This document shows positions 54,151 to 64,000 of a DNA stretch of 64,000 nt, one piece after another. The stretch's first letter is position 1; each line of letters begins with the position of its first letter. Below the pieces are notes generated by a model. The model made no database searches and was not told the DNA's origin. It saw nothing but the letters and a program-made list of their open reading frames with translations. The DNA is taken from contig CAWDYT010000002.1 in the NCBI GenBank assembly GCA_963806695.1, positions 3,968 through 67,967 on the forward strand, given 5' to 3'. This stretch comes from an uncultured Chloroflexia bacterium (GTDB lineage Bacteria; Chloroflexota; Limnocylindria; QHBO01). The position numbers and the translations under genes were made by a program.

Positions 54151-56847
54151 TCAGGCGTGGAGGGGGTTCACCCGCTCGGGGTCGATCCCCAGGTCGCCGA
54201 TCGCCCGCTTCAGCTCGTCCGGGGTCGACTTGCCGTCGAGGCACAGGCCGTGGAGAGCGGCGTAGGCGATGTGCTCGGCGTTGACCTCGAAGTGGGAGCG
54301 CAGCGCGTCGCGGGTGTCCGACCGCCCGAAGCCGTCGGTCCCGAGCACCGTGTACGGCCGGTCCACCCAGCGGGCGATCATGTCTGGCAGCGCCTTGAGG
54401 TAGTCCGTGGCCGCGATGATGGGGCCGGCGGTCGGGTCCAGGCACTGCCGCACGTAGGGCATGCGCTGCTCGGCATCCGGATGAAGCCGATTCCATCGCT
54501 CGACGTCGAGCGCCTCGTTCCGCAGCTGCTGGAACGACGTCGCGCTCCATACGTCGGCCGCGACGTCGTACCGCTCGCGGAGGATCTCCTGCGCCTTCAA
54601 CGCCTGCAGCAGGATCGGGCCTGACGCGAGGAGCTGCATCGGCCGCGAGCCGCCCTCCGCCGGCCGGAACCGATACAGGCCGCGCAGGACGCCGTCCTCG
54701 ACCCCCTCCGCCTTGGCCGGCTGCGGCCAGTTCTCGTTATAGAGCGTGATGTAGTAGAAGACGTCCTCGCCGCGCTCGCCGTACATGCGGTCGATCCCCT
54801 CGCGGATGATGATCGCCAGCTCGTAGGCGAACGCCGGGTCGTAGGCGACGATGTTCGGGACGACGCTGGCCTGGATGTGCGACTGCCCGTCGTCGTGCTG
54901 CAGCCCCTCGCCGGTGAGCGTGGTGCGCCCGGCCGTGGCGCCCATCATGAAGCCTCGCCCGCGCGCGTCGCCGAAGGCCCACACCTGGTCGCCGGTGCGC
55001 TGCATGCCGAACATCGAGTAGAACGTGTAGAGCGGCACCACCGGCTCGCCCCACGTCGCGTACGCGGTGCCGGCCGCCTGGAACGAGCCCATCGAGCCTG
55101 CCTCGGTGATGCCCTCCTCGAGCAGCTGGCCGTCGGTCTTCTCGACGTAGGAGAGCAGCAGCTCCTTGTCGACCGCCGTGTAGCGCTGGCCGAGCGGGTT
55201 GTAGATGCCGACCTCCTTGAACAGCGGATCCATGCCGAAGGTGCGCGCCTCGTCCGGGATGATCGGCACGATGCGCTTCCCGATCTCCGGGTCGCGCACG
55301 AGGTTCCGGACGAGCCGGCTGAAGGCCATGGTCGTGCTGGCCGGGCGGTCGGAGCCGGCAAAGAACTCCGTGAACGACTCGTCCTTCGGCTTCGGCAGCG
55401 TCCTGGGCACCACGACACGGCGCGGGAGCGAGCCGCCGAGCTGGCGCCGCCGATCGAGCATGTACTGGATCTCGGGCGCGTCCGGGCCGGGGTGGTAGTA
55501 CGGCGCCTCCTTGAGCTTGTCGTCGGGGATCGGCAGCTCGAGACGGTCGCGGAAGATCTTCAGCTCGTCGGTGGTCAGCTTCTTGGCCTGGTGGGTGACG
55601 TTGCGACCCTCGATCCCGGGGCCAAGGGTCCAGCCCTTCACGGTCTTCGCCAGGATCACCGTCGGCGCGCCGGTATGGGCAGTGGCCGCCGCGTAGGCCG
55701 CGTACACCTTGCGGTAGTCGTGGCCGCCGCGGCGCAGCTTGGCGAGGTCGTCGTCGGAGAGGTGGTCGACCAGCGCGCGCAGGCGCGGATCGGGACCGAA
55801 GAACTGCTCGCGGATCGTGGCGCCGTCGCTGACGGCCATGCGCTGATAGTCGCCGTCCAGCGTCTCGTTCATCTTGTTGACGAGCACGCCCCCCTTGTCG
55901 CGCGCCAGGAGGTCGTCCCACTCGCGGGCCCAGATGACCTTGATGACGTTCCAGCCGGCGCCGCGGAACACCGCCTCCAGCTCCTGGATGATCTTGCCGT
56001 TGCCGCGGACCGGGCCGTCGAGGCGCTGCAGGTTGCAGTTCACGACGAAGGTGAGGTTGTCGAGCCCCTCGCGCGCGGCCAGCGTGAGCGCGCCGACCGA
56101 CTCCGGCTCGTCCATCTCGCCGTCGCCGAGGAAGGCCCACACCCGCCCGGAGGACGTATCGGCGATCCCGCGGGCCGCGAGGTAGCGGTTGAAACGCGCC
56201 TGGTAGATCGCCGCCATCGGTCCGAGGCCCATGCTCACCGTGGGGAACTGCCAGAACTCGGGCATGAGCCGCGGATGCGGATACGACGAGAGCCCGACGC
56301 CGGGGCTCAGCGCCTCGCGTCGGAAGTGGTCGAGGTGCTCCTCCGTCAGCCGGCCCTCGAGGAATGCGCGGGCGTACATGCCGGGGGCGGCGTGGCCCTG
56401 GAAGTAGATCTGGTCGCCGCCGACGCCGTCTCCCGGCCCGCGGAAGAAGTGGTTGAAGCCGACCTCGTACAGGCTGGCGGCACTGGCGTAGGTGGACAGG
56501 TGGCCGCCGATGCCCTCGTACTTCGTGTTCGCGCGCAGCACCATGGCCAGCGCGTTCCAGCGAATCATGCGCCGGATGCGGAGCTCCATCGCCTCGTCGC
56601 CGGGGAAGTAGGGCTCCTGCTCGGGGCTGATCGTGTTGATGTACCGGGTCTGCGTGAGGCTCGGCAGGCCGACCTGGAGCTGGCGCGCGCGCTTCAGCAG
56701 CTTGTAGATGAGGTATCGCGCGCGATCCGACCCGGCCGACTCGACGACCGAGTCGAGCGACTCGAGCCACTCCTCGGTCTCGACCGGATCGATGTCCGGC
56801 AGCTGCTGCTTGAACTGGTCGAAGATCTCGCGGATCGGCTGCTCCAT
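54151..56847 (-). CDS. aceE: Pyruvate dehydrogenase E1 component (homodimeric)
   Basis: DIDPVETEEWL, GGHLSTYAS, FQGHAAPG, GDGEMDEPES, NLQRLDGPVRGNGKIIQELE. Confidence 0.96.
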   Translation of the reverse strand: MEQPIREIFDQFKQQLPDIDPVETEEWLESLDSVVESAGSDRARYLIYKLLKRARQLQVGLPSLTQTRYINTISPEQEPYFPGDEAMELRIRRMIRWNALAMVLRANTKYEGIGGHLSTYASAASLYEVGFNHFFRGPGDGVGGDQIYFQGHAAPGMYARAFLEGRLTEEHLDHFRREALSPGVGLSSYPHPRLMPEFWQFPTVSMGLGPMAAIYQARFNRYLAARGIADTSSGRVWAFLGDGEMDEPESVGALTLAAREGLDNLTFVVNCNLQRLDGPVRGNGKIIQELEAVFRGAGWNVIKVIWAREWDDLLARDKGGVLVNKMNETLDGDYQRMAVSDGATIREQFFGPDPRLRALVDHLSDDDLAKLRRGGHDYRKVYAAYAAATAHTGAPTVILAKTVKGWTLGPGIEGRNVTHQAKKLTTDELKIFRDRLELPIPDDKLKEAPYYHPGPDAPEIQYMLDRRRQLGGSLPRRVVVPRTLPKPKDESFTEFFAGSDRPASTTMAFSRLVRNLVRDPEIGKRIVPIIPDEARTFGMDPLFKEVGIYNPLGQRYTAVDKELLLSYVEKTDGQLLEEGITEAGSMGSFQAAGTAYATWGEPVVPLYTFYSMFGMQRTGDQVWAFGDARGRGFMMGATAGRTTLTGEGLQHDDGQSHIQASVVPNIVAYDPAFAYELAIIIREGIDRMYGERGEDVFYYITLYNENWPQPAKAEGVEDGVLRGLYRFRPAEGGSRPMQLLASGPILLQALKAQEILRERYDVAADVWSATSFQQLRNEALDVERWNRLHPDAEQRMPYVRQCLDPTAGPIIAATDYLKALPDMIARWVDRPYTVLGTDGFGRSDTRDALRSHFEVNAEHIAYAALHGLCLDGKSTPDELKRAIGDLGIDPERVNPLHA

Positions 56848-56942
56848 GTCCCGCCTATCGTACAGACCGATGGGGTGACGGGCCATCAGCTCGATTGCCG
56901 GCCTCCGGTCGCGTCCCGCATCGCGTGCGATCATCGACACGA

Positions 56943-58316
56943 ATGCGCACGATCTACCGATCCGAGCCTCCGTGGCCGCATCGGGTCCTCGTCCTGGGCG
57001 GCGGCTTCGCGGGTGTCGAGACGGCGCGCCACCTCGAGAAGCTCAGCGGCCGTCGTGACGACATCGAGGTCTGGCTGGTCAGCCGCGAGAACTTCACCCT
57101 CTTCACACCGCTCCTGCCGGAGGTGTGCTCCGGCAATCTCGAGGCGCGCCATTGCGTGACCGCCCTTCGTGCCCAGCTGCGAAAGCCCTCGAGCTGGGCC
57201 GTCACCGCCGAGGTGGAGGAGATCGACCTCGACGCGAAGCAGGTCGTCGTCATGGGTGGAGACGGCGATCTGCACCGGCTGAACTACGACAGCCTGGTGA
57301 TCGCATTGGGCGGCGAGACCGCCACGTTCGGGATCCACGGCATCACCGAGTTCGCGGTCGGCATGAAGACGCTGGCCGATGCGTTCGCCCTCCGCAACCG
57401 CCTCATCGAGATGCTCGAGCGCGCGGACCTCGAGACCGATCCGGACGAGCGCAGCTCCCAGCTCACGTTCGTGGTGGGTGGGGCCGGCTTCAGCGGGGTC
57501 GAGACGGCGGGGGAGATCGAGGACTTCGTCCGTCGCGTCCGGCGCCGCTTCTACCCGAAGATCCGCGCCGACGAGCTGCGATTCGACATCGTCGAGCTCA
57601 AGGAGCGGGTCCTGCCCGAGATGCCGGCCGACATGGGCGACTACGCCGCCCGCCGGTTGCGTCAGCGGGGCTACGAGATCCACCTCGGCACGCCGATGAA
57701 GGAGGTGCGGGCCGACGGTGTCGTCATCGGCGAGGGCACCTTCATCCGGACGCGGACCGTCGTCTGGACCGGTGGCGTGCAGCCCTCGCCGGTCGTGGGC
57801 GAGGCCGGTATCGACGTCGACCGCGCCGGCCGTGCGCTTGTGGACCCGACGATGCGGACGAGCCGCGAGGGCGTGTGGGCGATCGGCGACTGTGCGCTGA
57901 TCCCCAAGCTCGAGGAGGAGGGCACCTTCCACGCGCCGACGGCCCAGAACGCGGTGCGCGAGGCGAAGCGCCTGGCGCGCAACGTCCTCGCGAGCATCGA
58001 CCGGCGCCCGGCCGAGGTCCAGCCATTCCGGTACACCGTCATCGGGACGCTGGCCAGCATCGGCCACCACACCGGCGTCGGCGTCGTCTTCGGCGTCAAG
58101 GTGCGCGGCTGGATCGCCTGGTTCATGTGGCGCGGCTACTACTGGAGCCGGGTGCCGGGCATCGGCGGCAAGCTGCGGGTGGCGCTCGACTGGTTCAACA
58201 ACGCGCTCTTCGGCTCGGATCCGGTGCAGCTGAAGGTGGACTACCCGGGCACCGGTGGCATGGGCCCGTCCGGCACGCGCCGCCCGGCTCCGCGCTCGGT
58301 GGACCCGCGAGCCTGA
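56943..58316 (+). CDS. ndh: Type II NADH:quinone oxidoreductase
   Basis: VLGGGFAG, FTPLLPEV, VVGGAGFSGVETAGE, AIGDCA, PTAQNA. Confidence 0.88.
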   Translation: MRTIYRSEPPWPHRVLVLGGGFAGVETARHLEKLSGRRDDIEVWLVSRENFTLFTPLLPEVCSGNLEARHCVTALRAQLRKPSSWAVTAEVEEIDLDAKQVVVMGGDGDLHRLNYDSLVIALGGETATFGIHGITEFAVGMKTLADAFALRNRLIEMLERADLETDPDERSSQLTFVVGGAGFSGVETAGEIEDFVRRVRRRFYPKIRADELRFDIVELKERVLPEMPADMGDYAARRLRQRGYEIHLGTPMKEVRADGVVIGEGTFIRTRTVVWTGGVQPSPVVGEAGIDVDRAGRALVDPTMRTSREGVWAIGDCALIPKLEEEGTFHAPTAQNAVREAKRLARNVLASIDRRPAEVQPFRYTVIGTLASIGHHTGVGVVFGVKVRGWIAWFMWRGYYWSRVPGIGGKLRVALDWFNNALFGSDPVQLKVDYPGTGGMGPSGTRRPAPRSVDPRA

Positions 58317-58337
58317 CGCTGAGTAGACTGCGAGGCG

Positions 58338-58670
58338 ATGTCACGTGAGGAGCGGCGCGCCTACCAGCGCCAGATGAAGGGCATGGACCGCGGCGCGGCC
58401 CTCCCGCCCGCGGCGCGCGCCCGTGCCGAGCGCAACGCCGCGCGACGGGCCCGGCGGGCGTCCACCACGCCTCCCGGCGAGTTCACGACCACGTTCTGGA
58501 TCCGGTCCGGGCTGATCGCGCTGGCGGCCGGGTTCATCGGCTTCAGCCTGCGGTGGGACAATGGAAATGGCATGCCGGCGGCCATATATGTCGGCCTCGC
58601 GGTCGGCGTGGTGGTGCTGCTCCTCCTCGTCGGCTTCCGTTACCTGCAGCGGCGGGCGGCCGCAACCTGA
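58338..58670 (+). CDS. Small membrane protein with basic N-terminus
   Basis: Two TMs; GAGG RBS. Confidence 0.6.
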   Translation: MSREERRAYQRQMKGMDRGAALPPAARARAERNAARRARRASTTPPGEFTTTFWIRSGLIALAAGFIGFSLRWDNGNGMPAAIYVGLAVGVVVLLLLVGFRYLQRRAAAT

Positions 58671-58696
58671 CGACGCACCAGAGGAGACCCTGACCC

Positions 58697-58993
58697 ATGG
58701 GCGACGAGCACGGCCACCACGATCACGAGCACGACCATGACCACGACCACGGTCACGACCACGAGCACGAACACGAGCACGCCGGGTTCGCCGAGGGCCA
58801 GGAGAAGGAAGGGGAGCACACGCCCGAGAAGGAGCATCGCGGAGACTTCGCCGAGGGCCAGCAGGCCGGCCACTCCGCTGTCCACGACGAGCTGAAGGGT
58901 GACTTCGCCGACGGCCAGGAGCAGGAGCCCCACGAGCACGCCGACGAGCTCCAGGGTGACTTCGCCCGCGGCCAGGACCGAGACTCCGACTAG
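58697..58993 (+). CDS. His-rich acidic small protein with GDFAxGQ repeats
   Basis: GAGGAG RBS; HGHHDHEHDHDHDHGHDHEHEHEH plus four (G/D)FAxGQ repeats. Confidence 0.65.
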   Translation: MGDEHGHHDHEHDHDHDHGHDHEHEHEHAGFAEGQEKEGEHTPEKEHRGDFAEGQQAGHSAVHDELKGDFADGQEQEPHEHADELQGDFARGQDRDSD

Positions 58994-59013
58994 CCGTCAC
59001 ATCCACCCGGTCC

Positions 59014-59607
59014 GTGATCGGCACGACCAGGCCAGCCGTCGGGGAGTTCGTCGCGCGCCTGCGCGACGATCCGTGTTGCGCAGCGATCGTCGCCGAGAGC
59101 CAGCTCGCCGGCGCGCTCGTCAGTCGGGCGCCGATGATCGTTCTTCTGCGCGGGAACGGGCTCGCCATCGGCCCGACCGTCGAGCGCATCCAGGCCGCCG
59201 GCAAGCTGGCGGCGATCCATCTCGATCTGATCGACGGAGTCCACGCTGACGTCCAGGGAGTTGCGTGGCTGGCCAGGTTCGGCGCGGACGCGATCATCAC
59301 CTCCCACGGCCGTCTGATGACCGCGATCCGCGAAGCGGGTGTCATCGCCATCCAGCGCCTCCTGCTGTCGCGGCGCACACACCTCGACACAGCGTTCACG
59401 GCCGTCGCCCGCGCGCGGCCCGACATCGTCGAGGTCCTGCCGGGCGTCCTGTTGCCGTCGCTCGCCCACGTCATGCCGCGCTTCGACGTGCCGCTCCTCG
59501 CTGGCGGGTTCATCCGCACCGATGACGACCTGCGGGCCGTCCTGGCCGCCGGGGCGGCAGGGATCACCACCAGTGCCGAGAACCTGTGGAGCTGGGATGT
59601 GGGATGA
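59014..59607 (+). CDS. glpP: Glycerol-3-phosphate-responsive antiterminator GlpP
   Basis: IHLDLIDG, IQRL, PDIVEVLPG, LAGGFIRT, ITTS. Confidence 0.85.
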   Translation: MIGTTRPAVGEFVARLRDDPCCAAIVAESQLAGALVSRAPMIVLLRGNGLAIGPTVERIQAAGKLAAIHLDLIDGVHADVQGVAWLARFGADAIITSHGRLMTAIREAGVIAIQRLLLSRRTHLDTAFTAVARARPDIVEVLPGVLLPSLAHVMPRFDVPLLAGGFIRTDDDLRAVLAAGAAGITTSAENLWSWDVG

Positions 59608-60218
59608 CCCGCGTACCGGACGCCCGTTCCTCCCACGCGTCCTGATTGCCGACGGAGGGGGCGACCCCGTGCGCCGACCGTCCGGCATTCCATCGGGCAC
59701 CCTTCTTCGCGATATCGACCTCCTCGCGGTGGTCGGTCGGATGGCGACCCGCGAGTGCCAGGTGGCCATTGACCTCGACAGCGTGCGGGGCCTCGGCGGC
59801 GACGAGGCCGCGGCAGACTTCGTGATGGACACCCTCGGCATCGGCATCGTGCTGTCGCGGCGGGCGCACGTCGCCGCGCACGTGGCCGCCCGCGGCGGGC
59901 TCGGCCTCCTCCACGCCCACGCGTTCGACTCCACCGGGATCGCCCGCAGCCTGGCGGCGGCGCCGATGGTGCCCGGCATCGGCACGGTGGTGTCCCCGGC
60001 ATCCGTGCTATGTCACATGCGAGCCAGCGAGCGCGCGGCGCTGCGCCGTCCCGTCATCGGCTACGGCCTGCTCGACCGACGCGGATGCCGTCATCGCCTG
60101 CCTGGGCGTGGCGGATGCGGTGGTCGTGCGCCAGGACGTCGCCGATCGGCTGCCGGTCGGGCCGGAGGCGTCGGCGTCGGTGGAGCAATCCTTGACACCG
60201 GTCGCCGTGGAGGAGTAG
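59597..60218 (+). CDS. Divergent second GlpP-like protein (frameshift ~60080)
   Basis: IDLDSVRGLGGDEAAADF, AFDSTG, PVIGYGLL parallel the GlpP motifs. Confidence 0.6.
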
Positions 60219-60253
60219 AACAGGCAGGCTTTTCGCGGGACGATGAGTGAAGG

Positions 60254-60294
60254 AAAGTCCCGTCTTGGCGGCTGCCGAGGCGTGGGCTTTTTTT
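60254..60294 (+). terminator. Intrinsic terminator in the glp leader (probable GlpP target)
   Basis: aaagtcccgtcttggc-ggct-gccgaggcgtgggc followed by a T run; TTGACA at 60192 upstream. Confidence 0.75.
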
Positions 60295-60429
60295 GATGCT
60301 CGTTTTTCGGAGAAGGGAGAGAGGAGGACGCCGGAGGGAACCGGAACGTGGCCGGCGGCGCGCGGGCCACTGCGCGTCGTCATGGGCATCGAGGGGATGC
60401 ATCCGCTCGCACTGAAGAGGACATGACCA

Positions 60430-61168
60430 ATGCTGACCGAAGGAGTTCCCATTGCGGCAGCCGAGACGATCGGCACCGCGATCCTGATCATCCTTGGCGA
60501 CGGCGTCGTCGCCGGCGTCCTGCTGAACCGGTCCAAGGCACAGAACTCGGGCTGGATCGTCATCACCACCGGATGGGCACTGGCCGTGGCGGTCGGCGTG
60601 TACGCGATCGGTGCGGCTCACCGGCGCGCATCTGAACCCGGCCGTCACGATCGGGCTCGCGTCCATCGGCCTGACCCCGTGGGACCTCGTGCCGTACTAC
60701 CTCGTCGGCGAGTTCCTCGGTGCCTTCATCGGCGCCGTGATCGTCTTCCTGCACTACCTGCCGCACTGGGGCGTGACCGAAGATCCCGGGCTGAAGCTGG
60801 CGGTGTTCAGCACCGGCCCAGCGGTCCGCAATACCGCCGCCAACCTGGTCAGCGAGATCATCGGCACGTTCATGCTGGTGTTCGGCGTGCTGGCGATCAC
60901 GGCGAACGAGATCGCTCCCGGTCTCGCTGCGCTCCTGATCGGCTTCCTGGTCTGGTCCATCGGCCTCTCGCTGGGTGGACCGACCGGCTATGCGATCAAC
61001 CCCGCCCGCGACCTGAGTCCTCGCCTCGCGCATGCCGTCCTGCCGATCGCCGGCAAGGGCGACTCCGACTGGGGATACTCGTGGATCCCGGTGATCGGAC
61101 CGATCGTCGGCGGCGTGCTGGCTGCATTCGCGTTCCAGGCGACGTTCACGAACTGGCTGATGGTCTGA
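60430..61168 (+). CDS. glpF: Glycerol uptake facilitator (MIP family), frameshift ~60612
   Basis: GAHLNPAVT and [12 protein letters not shown] motifs. Confidence 0.9.
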
Positions 61169-61172
61169 CGCG

Positions 61173-62171
61173 ATGAAGAAGCTGATCAACGACCCCGACG
61201 CCGTCGTCGACGAGGCGCTGGCCGGCATGGTGGCGGCGCACGGTGACCTCCTGAAGGTCATCGAGCCAAACGTCATCGTTCGTGCCGATGCGCCGCGCGA
61301 CGGCAAGGTCGGGGTCATCTCCGGCGGTGGCTCCGGCCACGAGCCGATGCACGGCGGGTTCGTCGGGCGCGGGATGCTCGACGCCGCCTGTCCGGGCGCG
61401 GTATTCACCTCGCCGGTCCCCGACCAGATGCTGGCCGCCACGAAGGCGGTCAACGGTGGCGCCGGGGTCCTCCACATCGTGAAGAACTACACCGGCGACA
61501 TCATGAACTTCGAGCTGGCCGCCGAGCTGGCCCAGGGCGAGGGAATCGAGGTGACGAGCGTCGTCATCGCCGACGACGTCGCCGTGCAGGACTCCCTCTA
61601 CACCGCGGGCCGCCGCGGGGTGGGCGGCACTGTCCTGGCCGAGAAGATCGTCGGGGCGGCCGCGGAGGAGGGGCAGGACCTCGCCGCCGTGACCGCGCTC
61701 TGCCAGCGCGTCCAGGACAACGTGCGCTCGATGGGCATGGCGCTCACCAGCTGCACCGTCCCGGCCGCCGGCAAGCCGACCTTCGAGATCGGCGACGACG
61801 AGATGGAGGTCGGGATCGGAATCCACGGGGAGCCAGGGCGTGAGCGGCGAAAGCTCGCGAGCGCCGACGAGATCACCGAGTTGCTCCTGAACCCGGTCCT
61901 CGACGACGGCGGCTTCGGCTCGGGCGACCGTGTCCTGGCCTTCGTGAACGGCATGGGCGGCACGCCGCTGCTCGAGCTGTACGTCGTCTACAACAAGGTG
62001 GCGGCGATGTGCCGCGACCGGGGCGTGACGATCGAGCGCAACCTCATCGGCTCCTACATCACCAGCCTCGAGATGGCCGGCTGCAGCATCACCGTGCTGA
62101 AGCTGGACGACGAGATGGTGCGGCTGTGGGACGCACCGGTGCACACCGCGGCCCTGCGCTGGGGCGTGTGA
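61173..62171 (+). CDS. dhaK: Dihydroxyacetone kinase subunit DhaK
   Basis: [41 protein letters not shown]. Confidence 0.95.
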   Translation: MKKLINDPDAVVDEALAGMVAAHGDLLKVIEPNVIVRADAPRDGKVGVISGGGSGHEPMHGGFVGRGMLDAACPGAVFTSPVPDQMLAATKAVNGGAGVLHIVKNYTGDIMNFELAAELAQGEGIEVTSVVIADDVAVQDSLYTAGRRGVGGTVLAEKIVGAAAEEGQDLAAVTALCQRVQDNVRSMGMALTSCTVPAAGKPTFEIGDDEMEVGIGIHGEPGRERRKLASADEITELLLNPVLDDGGFGSGDRVLAFVNGMGGTPLLELYVVYNKVAAMCRDRGVTIERNLIGSYITSLEMAGCSITVLKLDDEMVRLWDAPVHTAALRWGV

Positions 62172-62181
62172 CGGCGACGCG

Positions 62182-64000
<1,819 letters not shown>

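Noticed and set aside
54737-57159. Long alternative-frame and antisense ORFs over aceE and other genes
   Set aside because: These are Arg/Pro/Gly-rich shadow ORFs expected in high-GC DNA, with no recognisable motifs.

Overview
High-GC bacterial DNA. Gene content suggests Chloroflexota (Limnocylindria-like) or a similar Terrabacteria lineage (inference only). Many single-base frameshifts look like long-read consensus errors. Left part (1-13.2 kb): transport and metabolism genes (AI-2E transporter, M28 peptidase, thrC plus MoaD/ThiS carrier, amidohydrolase, sugar ABC). Middle (13-43 kb): accessory-looking region with ECF sigma/anti-sigma pairs, a SARP-STAND-BMP fusion, ABC exporters and gene fragments. 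Right part (43.2-64 kb): core-like genes (APC permease, GH13, debranching enzyme, DUF2089/DUF4097 operon, aceE, ndh, two glpP, glpF-dhaKL-glpK). The main discovery is at 28.76-43.19 kb. An intact tRNA-Arg(UCG) gene is preceded by six direct-repeat copies of its upstream flank plus 5' portion. Five copies run exactly through the anticodon loop and continue into a conserved ~65-bp non-tRNA arm; one copy is truncated. The copies delimit 1.5-3.3 kb blocks of unrelated cargo genes, and I found no recombinase in the window. This reads as an integron-like tandem array of small non-autonomous cassettes that integrate at the tRNA anticodon loop and re-supply the tRNA 5' half and its promoter.
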